The notes under the pieces are model-generated. The model was not told the origin of the DNA and made no database searches. It saw only the letters and a list, made by a program, of their open reading frames with translations. The position numbers and the translations under genes were made by a program. A DNA stretch of 50,933 bases, counting the filler, from Basidiobolus ranarum (taxonomy: Eukaryota): the NCBI GenBank assembly GCA_040143965.1. It is 2 parts of 2 records of this genome, joined end to end, with 100 filler letters (N's around TTAATTAATTAA, not from the genome) between each part and the next. Parts side by side here need not be neighbours in the genome. Positions count along the whole stretch, not along the records: positions 1 to 25,549 come from JASJQH010007017.1; positions 25,650 to 50,933 come from JASJQH010007018.1. One strand, given 5' to 3'. This document shows, in pieces, positions 24,380 through 35,410 of the stretch (position 1 is its first letter; every line of letters starts with the position of its first letter).

Positions 24380-24846
24380 TGTTGAAGTATTTTGGGAGCA
24401 AGTGATTTGGAGAACCAGAGGAATTGGTAACTTTTACTTACTAATTTATTGAGTGTAAGTTGACATTTGTACTTTTTTCAGCAAGTAAATAAACTAATGT
24501 GTAGAGTAGAAAATTTGTTAATGTATTTTGGGAGTTTATTGGAAGTGGTTTGGAGAATTGGTGTTATCACTTATTAAGTAGAAAGTTGACATTTATAGTC
24601 TTGTCAAGATGTAAGCAATAAACCATATATAATCTGTTAAGGAAGGTTCCAGAAACATGTGTGCAAAGTTTAAGGCTTCTAGCACAAATCTGAAAAATCT
24701 ATATATCTGAGAACTTCTAAGTTGGTAGAAATACTCAAAGTACATTTTGATTAAGAATGGTTGGTAATATCATAGTTCAATATAGAATAACTAAATACTA
24801 AGCTATAAATGACTATATAGGTGTTTAGGCCATGCTAATTTCAATA
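24380..24846 (+). mobile_element. Two older LTR copies of the same family (partial 24380-24515; near full-length 24516-24846)
   Basis: Diverged matches to 23940-24287, beginning TGTTGAAGTATTTTGGGAG and TGTTAATGTATTTTGGGAG and ending ATGCTAATTTCAATA. Confidence 0.85.
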
Positions 24847-25122
24847 GCATCCACCCCATTCTCTCTAATGTTTGGAAGATTGTTCAACTCTCTCCAGAAC
24901 TATCAGGATGTTTTATTCAAACCAATCAACACTGAAGACTTAACCAACTGACTTCAATTATTAATAGATAGAGTTTACTCTGGAGTCACCTCAAAAAGCA
25001 AAAATAGTCAACAGAAGATCATATCCAAGCAACCATCTATGCATATGAACACTAGGCTTCCTGAAGGCTCCTTTGTCATGACTCTAGATCCCACCTGCCA
25101 ATCCAAACTTGATCCCAAGTAC
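24847..25122 (+). pseudogene. Degenerate Ty3/gypsy integrase C-terminal fragment
   Basis: Frame reads ASTPFSLMFGR...LTN*LQ...LPEGSFVMTLDPTCQSKLDPKY, matching the TPFxLxxGR motif and the start of the GPY/F module, with one in-frame TGA. Confidence 0.8.
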
Positions 25123-25390
25123 TTAGTTATGTTGTAATTCACTAAGCTATTATCCATTATTCTCAATTGGAATTTACTTAGAATATTTTTACCAACCTAG
25201 AAGTTCTCTGATATATAGATTTTTCAAACTTGTGCTAGAAGCCCCAAACCTTGCACACATGTTCCTGGGATCTTTCTTAACACATTCTACATGTTAGCTT
25301 GCTTACATCTTGACAAAACTATAAATCTGAGAACTTCTAGGTTGGTATAAATATTCTAAGTAAATTCCAATTGAGAATAATGGATAATAT
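25118..25390. mobile_element. LTR fragments: minus-strand copy (~25118-25326) fused to a plus-strand fragment (~25327-25390)
   Basis: Reverse-complement and then direct matches to internal parts of 23940-24287. Confidence 0.8.
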
Positions 25391-25413
25391 TGAAATTATT
25401 TAGGGAGAAATAT

Positions 25414-25486
25414 TGGTCTGGCCAGGATTTGAACCTGGGGCCTCCTTCACTCTAGCAAGGTGCTCTAACCACTGAGCTACCAGTCC
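25414..25486 (-). tRNA. tRNA-like sequence/pseudo-tRNA (AGA at the anticodon position, short variable loop), probably part of a mobile element
   Basis: GGACTGGTAGCTCAGTGGTTAGAGCACCTTGCTAGAGTGAAGGAGGCCCCAGGTTCAAATCCTGGCCAGACCA. A and B boxes and D/T stems are intact; A3:A70 and G31:G39 are mismatched; there is no Ser-type long variable arm. Confidence 0.7.
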
Positions 25487-25549
25487 TTGTATGCTATGCC
25501 TATATTGCTAGGGAACCTTAACCTAGTCTGTCAATGTATGGTACTTTGG

Positions 25550-25649
25550 NNNNNNNNNNNNNNNNNNNNNNNNNNNNNNNNNNNNNNNNNNNNTTAATTA
25601 ATTAANNNNNNNNNNNNNNNNNNNNNNNNNNNNNNNNNNNNNNNNNNNN
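25550..25649. other. Artificial assembly gap/contig spacer
   Basis: 100 bp of N with a central TTAATTAATTAA (25594-25605), which gives stops in all six frames. Confidence 0.97.
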
Positions 25650-27746
25650 TTCAGGCATATCTAAGATTTTTGATATGGTATAGGGGCTTACTCTAGATTG
25701 TCGGATAGTCGTAGAAGGCATTTGCATGGTTTATTAATGTATAATCTATAGAAGTGGGCTTATTAGCCTCTATTAAGTCAAAAATATTTGCCATATGGAA
25801 TACAATAAAATCAAGATATTTCAAGTGGGTTATATATAGGACTTACCCCGCATTAATGTGAATAAAATCACGTTTAAGATGTCAGAGCTGTATGCATATG
25901 GACACACTTTCACGTTATATGTATTCCACCAAATTCTCCAAACAGATGCAACACTTTCTCTTGGATTATTGTTTTTCGTTTGATGTTGTAGCTTTGTGTT
26001 GATGCACGCGTCAACCAATGAATCAATTAGTGGAACTAATCCAAGTACCATACACGTATTTATATTCAATGGATCAGAAAACCATTATTTCGGATCGATC
26101 TACCTTATCTTTATGTGGTAAACCAACATTTGATACACGTCGTAGTCGTGTTTACTCATCGCTTGCCTATCTACCTTATGCATTATAGATTGATTGTCAC
26201 AAAATTATGAGACGCGTGGAACGATTGCATATCCTATCTCTTTCCTACATTCTGAATATCACGGAGATTTAATTCGTACTTGTAAACACTCCGCATAATG
26301 GAATTCCACCTATAGATTGCTTAAGATAAGATATGAGGTTTTGCTTCCAGAGAAGCGTAGATCTTTAGGTTGCACCATATACTGATTGATATGTTCGGCA
26401 AGTGTGGTTGATGTAACTGATGTGAAAATTCGTAAAAATCCTTTTAGCAAACAGCTTGGGAACGGATAATTCGGTTCATTCCAAGCTTACATGGATATTA
26501 GAGCTTAAACATTGCTCTAATAAGACTCCGAAGAAAACACCAACTCGCAACCCAATGAGCAAGACGCTCCGATCGAACTGAAGATCAGCGGTTTTGCTTT
26601 AATTGGAATGAGCTATTAGATACTTGGTTGAGCCTATGCTTTCAACTAAAATAGTAAATCAGGTGGAATTTGATCTCCGCTACTGGCCAATAGCATATAT
26701 CTTTTAAGTGCGACACTTCTAACGTCGCTGCAGTAATGAGCAATGCGTAGCCATTGGATCCACGTCTCTTTCCAGCCAGGAGAAAACCCAGGTTTCCTAG
26801 CCAATCGTTGGGGCACGAATGTGTACTCCGGTCATCGGTCCTCGTTTAATCACGTCTGCATGGTAAACGATGATATGTAGAGCTGGTAAACTCATGAATC
26901 AGCTTCTTCCTCGAACCACATTCTAGGCTTATCTCCTGGGGTGAAAGAATGATCCGCGCATTGGAGAGCAAATAGATGATTACTAGACCATCGTAGTCTA
27001 TGGGTTATCGATCAGCTCACTGATTTCCACATTCATATGCGTTTACCAATCGCTCTATGATGATCGAACCTTAAAATATACGTTTCACCCATCCAAACTA
27101 AGACTATCAGTCTATAATTGGACAATCTTGGAAGATACTATATTTGGTTGAGGATGATTATCCTGAATGGTCTATACTCTACCAATCTTGTCCTCAGAGA
27201 AATCCATTCCCTTCCACTGGCCCACCGGATTAAGATCACTTGACCGAGGAAATCCCAAAATTGCTGATTAAAAAGAGAGTCATGATCAGTATCATCATGA
27301 CTAACAATAACACATGGCTAGTGTGTACATGAAGGGCAAAAATCGAAATGAACTCAATCCACAGATCACCAAAATGTGACCTGAATTGATCAAGCTAATC
27401 AAATAGCTACGAAACATTGTCACCAAGTCCGTCAGGGAAACATGGAAACACTCTGAGAATAGTCTTGTCCCAGAGACATTGGCAAATACCCTGAGAATGG
27501 TTTCTCCAAGCGTTCATGATGATTGTAAAAGTTCAAGCCAATAGGCAATCACAATCCAGAAAGGTTTATATTCTATTAATATTTATTCTGACTTGATCAT
27601 TGCAAAGGTTTCGATAATATATACAGTCAAGGGTAACACTAAATTGATAATTATGGATTCTTGCGTAAAGAGATTTGTGAAAGGGGATGCCTAGAAGCAC
27701 GGTTGACATATGTGGATTGTGTATTATTACATAGAAGCTCAGGCCA

Positions 27747-27995
27747 CTAAAAAGAGGAGGTTCGCAAAAACTGTTGGTAACTGCGGTCCAACATTTCTGC
27801 TAGCCGTATGAACTCGGATTTCTCTTCTTGTGAGAATAACTTTAAACTGTTTGCCGATATAAAACTTTCCAACTCATCTGTTCCCTCCATCATAGGTTGA
27901 GGCAGAAATGATGGATTTCGAGGTTGACAATAGATTTTAGAGACATTATTCTTAGTCGAGTGACGAAAGCGCATCAGGTTATGAATGTCAGGCAT
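27747..27995 (-). CDS. Possible small orphan protein (82 aa)
   Basis: ATG-initiated ORF with TATATA ~80 bp upstream and a helical-looking C-terminus. No family recognised. Confidence 0.3.
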   Translation of the reverse strand: MPDIHNLMRFRHSTKNNVSKIYCQPRNPSFLPQPMMEGTDELESFISANSLKLFSQEEKSEFIRLAEMLDRSYQQFLRTSSF

Positions 27996-30118
27996 TATAC
28001 TCTACACTTGAATTAATGTAGGAGTGTGGGAATTGTATCAAGATAATTTGATTTTTGCCATGCAATCCCATTCTATATATACAAGAATACATTTAGCTTA
28101 CTTATTATTATCATTAATATGTTTCTTGCTCAAATCAGACAATCGATGGTTGTTCCATAAATAGATCAATGTGACATCTTTGGCAAGCACTTCTTAGGTA
28201 ACGATGATCGAAGCAATTAGTAGCAAAACCCAGCACTGTGGAAGAGCGACTGATTGGTTTTTCATGAGTGTATGACGGTGCCAAGTTATTGCACGAATGA
28301 ACAGTTCTTTTAGAAGGAATCCAATGGATATATATAATACTATGAAGAATTGGCTATTCGCAACGTGGCAATTGAGTGTTGTCCATTTAAGATCTTGTTC
28401 CTCAAAGGGATTTCATATATATATGGACATCTGGGTGTTCAAGCATTTTACCTATTGTTGGTATTACTGATTGGTGAAACTGCGGTTAAATACGTCATTT
28501 TCAAAGTTTGAAACATGGTATATTATTTTCCGGAATATTGGGTCATGTCATGCCATATATGCAAAAACCAAATCAAAATCCACTAAAAATAGCCACTAGA
28601 CTTTATCTAATCACCAGCATATAGATTGCTAAATCCTTATGCTGAGCTTTGCTTGGTTGGATGTTGAGGAGCACTATACAGAGGTTGAAGGGACCGGGAA
28701 AAAGATAAGGAGATACCCAAGTATCGTGTTTCGTATGCTTTACTTGTAAAAAAGCAAAATGATAGTCGGAAATATATCATTTTAGGGATTACTTGTACTC
28801 CATAGATCGTCATAATGAAATAGACTCAGAAATGGCTTTCAGCACATGACGAGAATAGTTCTAGTCACTTCAAAGTTTTCTCGAAATGGAACCAGAACAA
28901 ATTATTCTTGAATAGTTTAAAGCAAAGGCCTTTGCACATAAATGGCTGTCAACATACACCATGTGACTCATAAGCAATGAGGGCTCTTTGATATTAACAA
29001 CATGCTTATATCTGATACAAGCATCAAGCGGTGAAAGACGCAATCTGTGAGAGTTGCTATTAGTTCAGGTTTAAAATTCTCATCCCATATGACTATAATA
29101 TAAAATGAATAGAGACATTTTATCCTAGATAATAATCCGACCAACTTCGAGTAATTCTCTAACAGGATCTAAATCGGATGAACAACCAATTTCTTTCCCT
29201 TATTAGTTGATATTCTTTTTAGAATCCAATGTTGAGCTTAATATTGAATTTATTCTGATTATCTTGTTTAGTAACGATGCATGATGCCACCTTAAACGTT
29301 TTGAAGAACTTCAGGGTATATTACCAAATTAACGGACCGAGAAAACCGATATTTCTATTAATCGAATGCTTCCATTCACATTCAACTAAATAGAAGGTAA
29401 GATACGCAGTACAGTGTCACTACTAGTGGGTTATTTGAAAAGGCCAATTCCATACAAAATATCGCATTTCCATATCCATGATTGCATTTACCATCATTAA
29501 ACAGGAATTACTCAACCGTCATCCCATTCATTCAGTGTGTCGAAATTAGGAGTTCTTGGTTTCAGCTGTAACATCTTGTTATTACCGTCTCAGAAAGATT
29601 GATTTAAATTCGTTTAGATGTGGTAAAACTACCATATATTTCCACATATGTTGTGGTATTCTAAACACTACTAATGTCTGGGTTTTCTTCGATTTTATCT
29701 TGGATATTTTTACTGATTATCAAATCGGTATTGAGTTGCTCGAAAAAAGTGGATAAATATGGGTTTCAAAAGCTGCATGATTTCCAATAGCTTAGAATAT
29801 GAAGCTATGCTGTGTATACAACAATGGTGATGTAAAAATATTCAAATGATAGATTCAGTGTGTACAAAATGGACAAGTATGATTGATCAAGATAAACTAT
29901 GTGTATTTTGGAGGATATGATAGACAGCTAATATATACCAAGTCAATATATAAAGGCTTACAAAATCGACGCGCTTGTTAAGCCTAAGGTTCTTTAGACA
30001 GTAGCGAGTAAGGACATCGCACTAAGCTTGTGAATAAAAAAGTAAATCACAGAGATCTGCTTGAAATTCCAAATTAAACACATCTCACTAGTAGTATACT
30101 TTCCTCATGAGATTCGAT

Positions 30119-33100
30119 TTATACAAGACCAAAGCCACGTGCATTTTCAATGGCTATTAGTAGATTCTTCTTCAATTTTTGTCTAGTCGTATATTCAGGT
30201 AGGAGTAACCGTCCGAAACATGTGAGGGCAGTGGGCAATCGGTCAGAGTCTGGTCCATTTCTTTGTATAACAAATGTGATGGCGCCAAGACCCTTTACGG
30301 GAATACGATCACTGGCGGTAACAAATATCAACAGTTTCTTCTGTTCTTCCTTGGTCATATCATGAACTACACTCCAGAAGTTACGAATCACATAATGGTC
30401 AGGATTGTAACCATCATCGTATTGGGCACCACGTTCCAACTCATTAAGGTCCACTTCTGAGATTCCGCATAACAAAAGTTCCAATTCCTCCGGTCTTAGC
30501 ATTGATAGAGCAGTTCCACCACAGACTCTTGAGAATCCGTCTCTCAACGCATCAAATTGCTTCGACACATACTTGTTGGCGAAATGTTCAATATACAAAT
30601 GGACATATTCATCACGGTTGTTATTTGTTACGGGAACATTGACACCATTGGGAATCAATGGAAAGGTGTTCATAACTCCAGCCTCATCATACGCAATTTC
30701 AAACTCTCGCATGAATACGTCATAAACATCTCCATCTTTCCATTGTAACATTTGCTCCAAGCCCTTTCCAAGTACGGGGAATCCTTCTTTAATGTCTTCA
30801 AGATTGATCGGCTTTCCCAACAACTTTTTGTATATCAGCTTTGGAAAGTTCGCTCCAATGATAACTCCATTGTATAGTGCCAACCCAAGGATGATTCCCA
30901 CCAACTCGAAATACTTCTCGCCTTCTTTGGAAGCTCCATTGATCCAAGAATACCTAGTCTCATCGTCATATACGAACATCCCGAAAACCGGATCAAGTAA
31001 CTTGGTGATCAACATTTGGAAGAATTCTTTTTGTACACCACCCTGATCGATACCTTCTTCGCCTCCATTGACAAATCTAATCTTAAGAGGTTTCTTCAAA
31101 TTTTTGGCCTTTGCTTCGATTTGGGTCAATGCATCTTCGATGAAATGTTCTCTTCGAATTTCCAATATAAAGTAAGGACAAGTTAACCGACGTAAACTTT
31201 CCTCAATACGAGTGGCCTTCTGAGAATCCTGCATGAACCGTTGAGCATGCAAAACAAGAGCGTGATGCACACATGCATCTTCGTACTTATTAGACATTTG
31301 ACAGACAGCATCTACATGGAATATCAAACTCTTGGCACTAGGATCAAATAAGAAAGGGAAATTGAAATACGAGAATTTTGGTGATTTACGAATGGAAGAA
31401 CCTAAAGTTGCTTTCCCGTCTCTTTCAGTTGACCTCTTCCATAAACGATATTCATCCTTTATATTCATAGTGGTAGATAACACCTTATTGTAGAATACAC
31501 TAGGTGAAACAATGTGCTCAGATTTAGAAGTTTCATTAGCATCATAGAGTAGTCCAAGTACTTTGGTAGCGCATGCGACAGGGTCATCGGGTCTCGGATT
31601 CGATCGGAAATGATTAGCTAGGTACTCGTGGAACATATTCACGATCTTCAAGAAGCCATGGGAATCATAAGTAGAAAACCATTGTAATAGAACACTTCTA
31701 GCGGAGCCGCTCACTTGGCTTAATACTTGTGCCAGTTTTCGTAGCAGAGATTCGGAATAAAAGGAGTCGGTCATTAATGGATTTTCCAGTAGGATTAATA
31801 AAACTCTTAAACCCTCAGCTCTTGACAATCGTCTTGAGTTAATCTCTAATTCAGCAAGAACAATCTCAGTAGCAGCAGCTAGATTATCTACAAACATTTG
31901 CTTAGGCTTTTGTTTGAGTATTAGCTTATAAGAGCTACGAATAGAGTCCAAATCTAATCCAGACATGTGTTCCTTCTCCGAGGAATCAGCCAAGAAACTA
32001 GCATTCAAGGCATCTGTAGAAGAGAAAACTGTGCGGATAGTGTTGACTAAAAACTTAGTATCACTGGGACCGGTCACTATAGTGCGTCGAGAAAGTGACC
32101 GGTAATGTCGATATGACATAAAAGATTTGGGTGACTTTGGTGTCGCTTCAACTGTTTCTCGTTCTTTTCCTTTTTCAAACCAATCATCCTCATTATCTTT
32201 TTGAACAGATATGGAGTCATTGTGATCAGATGAATATGTGGCGATTGTACGTTGTAGCAGCGATAACGTCAAATAACTAAGACTAAGTTGTGGCTCAGTA
32301 TCTTCGCTTTCACTACTTAAAAGAGAACGCCAATCAGATACGCTATCATCATCAGCTGGACCATGCCCGCTGGTACAACCTTCTGAAGTAGAATGGCGAA
32401 ACGGAATAAAGTCGACTATATGACATTCAAATAATTAGGACGATAGTGAAGTTACGACTATGGAAGAATGATTTAACTTACAAGAATGGCTTAGAAGTTT
32501 GGGAAATCCTAGATAATTGTGTTCTCTACGAGATCCGTTGGGAAGATCTGTCTCTGATTCTTCTAGCTTATTGTAACTTGAAGTATTTCGTAAGAGTAAT
32601 GCAGGCGATGAGTCATTATTGAAAGTCTTCCCATCAATGGAAGGTGCGGTGTTTTGTCTACGTAAACGTCGAGATAGAGTCACAGAATCCGTATGAGTTT
32701 GAACATTCGAATTATTACTTTGTATCGTTGATATAGAGGTAGGCGGACTGGCTGAAGGACGAGGGGCATCATTCGAACTATTTGTGTCGGAAGAAGAAAA
32801 CATAGATAGGAACGGAGTAGAAGAGAACAAGGAATATAGAAAAGGTTTGACTACTGCTTTTGGTGCACTCGGTTTTGAAGATCTTTCAGAAGAATTGATG
32901 GAACTTGAGTTGGAGGCTGTAAAGAGTGTATTAGGAAGAGAAATATCTGGTTCAGAAGGGCAAGTAGGGCAAAAATAATGGCGGGAGCGAGAGGCAAGTT
33001 GTACAGCAAAAATAGCAGCGGATTCGGATGACATACGTGGAGAAGCTGCAGCAAACAATTAGACTCAGTCGTGGGAAGAATTTCGAAATGTGAAAAATAC

Positions 33101-33657
33101 CTTGACATGAAGCACAAAAACGATTTAAACAATTGGGGTTTTCGCAACCAACAGTAAGTTGGTAATAATACCTAAAGAAAAACAGTGGTATTTAGATATC
33201 AAATATTCAGTTCTGACAAGAGCAATAAAATAACTAACCTTTTGACGAATTTTTGGTATTGTGTTCGATACGAGTCTTTGGATTGATCTCGTCCCCACTG
33301 TTTAGGTACAGACATTTTGAGCTTTTGGTTGAGTTGGGGATCTGACAAAGCCTGTTTGAACGATAAGGATTTAGCCTTTTCTGCTAGAGACTTTAGTGAT
33401 TGAGTCTTTTTGAGTGTGTTATGGCCTAAAGAAATGGTGTTGCTTCTGGGAAGGGTTGTATTGGAAGAGAGAATTGGACTCGTCAAAGAATTTCTAGTTT
33501 TGTTCATGCAAGGTAGAGTGGAAGAGGTTTTTCTCAGATATTCCGAGGAATTATATTCTGAGGTGGGTGATGTCACAGCATCTGTAGAGTTGGGTGGGTG
33601 GTCTAAGATGCAGTTTGAGTGATCAGTGTCTGATCTTTTGAAATTCTCGATAACCAT
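30119..33657 (-). CDS. HECT E3 ubiquitin ligase with N-terminal AZUL Zn domain (UBE3A/E6AP-HECTD2/Hul4 group)
   Basis: HECT motifs GEEGIDQGGVQKEFF, RLPTALTCFGRLLLPEY and terminal GFGLV. Exon 33101-33171 encodes YYYQLTVGCENPNCLNRFCASCQ (AZUL). Confidence 0.92.
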
Positions 33658-35410
33658 TACTATAAATTCTCAAATGTGTAGTGGTTGCGTGAGTGCTTGA
33701 AAACAATACTTGTGTAGTAGTGAGTGTTTGGAATACAATAAGTTTGATCTTGTAAATAATATAAGGAACTAAAGTAGCTATAGTGAATTTGTATAAAAAG
33801 GTAAAAGGCTGGGCAAACACAAACGGAAAGAGGGGCAAACTATGAAAGAGAATAAAATGAGGAAAAGGTGATACAATTGAAAAGGGTCAAAGAATTACAA
33901 GCAAATGATGCGGTCCTATCATAAGTCAGTACTCATTTTAAATAGATAACATGGCATAGATTAATAATCCTTAATAATAATATAGTTTAAGGAAGTAATA
34001 CAAATCATGATGAGTAAAAGTGGTCCAGATTTACGTGCGTAAGTATCGAATTTAAACCAATAGTCACAACTCTACATTGCCTTTGGTACGTCCATGCTAC
34101 CTCTCAATGAACTACAGCATGAGACCAGGATACTCTCCATCCAAGATCTCAAACTGCTTTGAGGGCCATATAAATGTGGGAGAAGACGCGTATCATCAGA
34201 CCCTGAGCTTAGTTGTCCGCACAGGCTGGTCTTTTCATACGAAGTTTGGCTCAGTGCAGACATCACACCAGTTGCTTCATCCGGGATGAATAGCCCCACG
34301 ACCTGTGGGTAGTAGGCCGAAGTGAGAGAAACGGTAGAAATCATGATCATATAAAATCTATCAAGCACATTAGAATCGAGTGATCGTTCCACCTGCTAGA
34401 ACATCCAGACTATTTTGAAACCATGGGTGTCATATATGATCAAATGTTCCTGATATCAACAAATATCGCCCCGAGTCGATCTTTTCGCCAGCTTCTCAGC
34501 ACCGGACCGGTTTAGGATATGCTGGCTCAAATAATGTCCAGAAATTTGTAGCTTCGAATGGCTGTTGCTTGGTGTGACTGAAACTAGCAGTCTAGCAAAT
34601 CGTTCTAGATAGAAGTGTGGTTACTCAAGCAGATGAATAAAGAGTGCAAGTCGCCGATGCTGAAAGCAGACGTCAATAGAACATGATGACGTGATTGTTT
34701 TGGCAACAACGAAAACACTCGCTTGGCTTTCATCGTCCCATCTATGGTCGTCGAGCAATTTCTGCTCCATAGTTTAAAATGAAAGGAACTCATTGTTGCT
34801 CCACTATTTGAGGAATCCACATGAATATCCAAAATATCCGTTGTAGCCAGGTGGGACATGTCATCATATGATTCATCAGCTGATGTGGGAAGTTGTAATC
34901 ATCCAGAGCGTGTTTGATATGGGTGTATCTGTTAACTTAATGGAGATTGGACGTCTATTCGCTAATGGACAATGAGCTGCAGGAATCAACGCTGTGGTCA
35001 TGCATTTCATCAACCCATTAGTATTCGGGAAAGACTGACTAGTAAACCTTGTCCAACAACATGGAGAATAATTAAGCTAGTATTCAAGTAAACGATCAGT
35101 GAGTATGAATGACGCCTTGTTATATCACGTGATATGAATGGTTGTGACAGAATGGACTGCCTTCAACAAAAGTAATGCCTATCGCGAACTAAGGTCGCGT
35201 ATTCTCTCAAGCTGTGGGAACATTATATCTTGGTAACCACTGATATAAACATGCATATTGAAACTGTAAATATTAACACTTCACATGACTTGCGGGAATG
35301 TTTATATTGAGAATTCGTACAATATGTTCATGTGCCAATGCATTTAGTAAACTGATCTGTCTCTTAAATTTTAAAGCCGTACAAGATGGATTTAGCCTAA
35401 ACAAGTGCTG

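Noticed and set aside
23940-25390. CRISPR-like or satellite array
   Set aside because: The repeats are ~350-bp TG...CA units with a TSD and an integrase relic, i.e. LTRs. There is no repeat-spacer structure and no cas genes.
25414-25486. Functional recoding tRNA (Ser anticodon on a non-Ser body)
   Set aside because: Mismatches in the acceptor and anticodon stems and the position within a retroelement cluster favour a non-translational relic.
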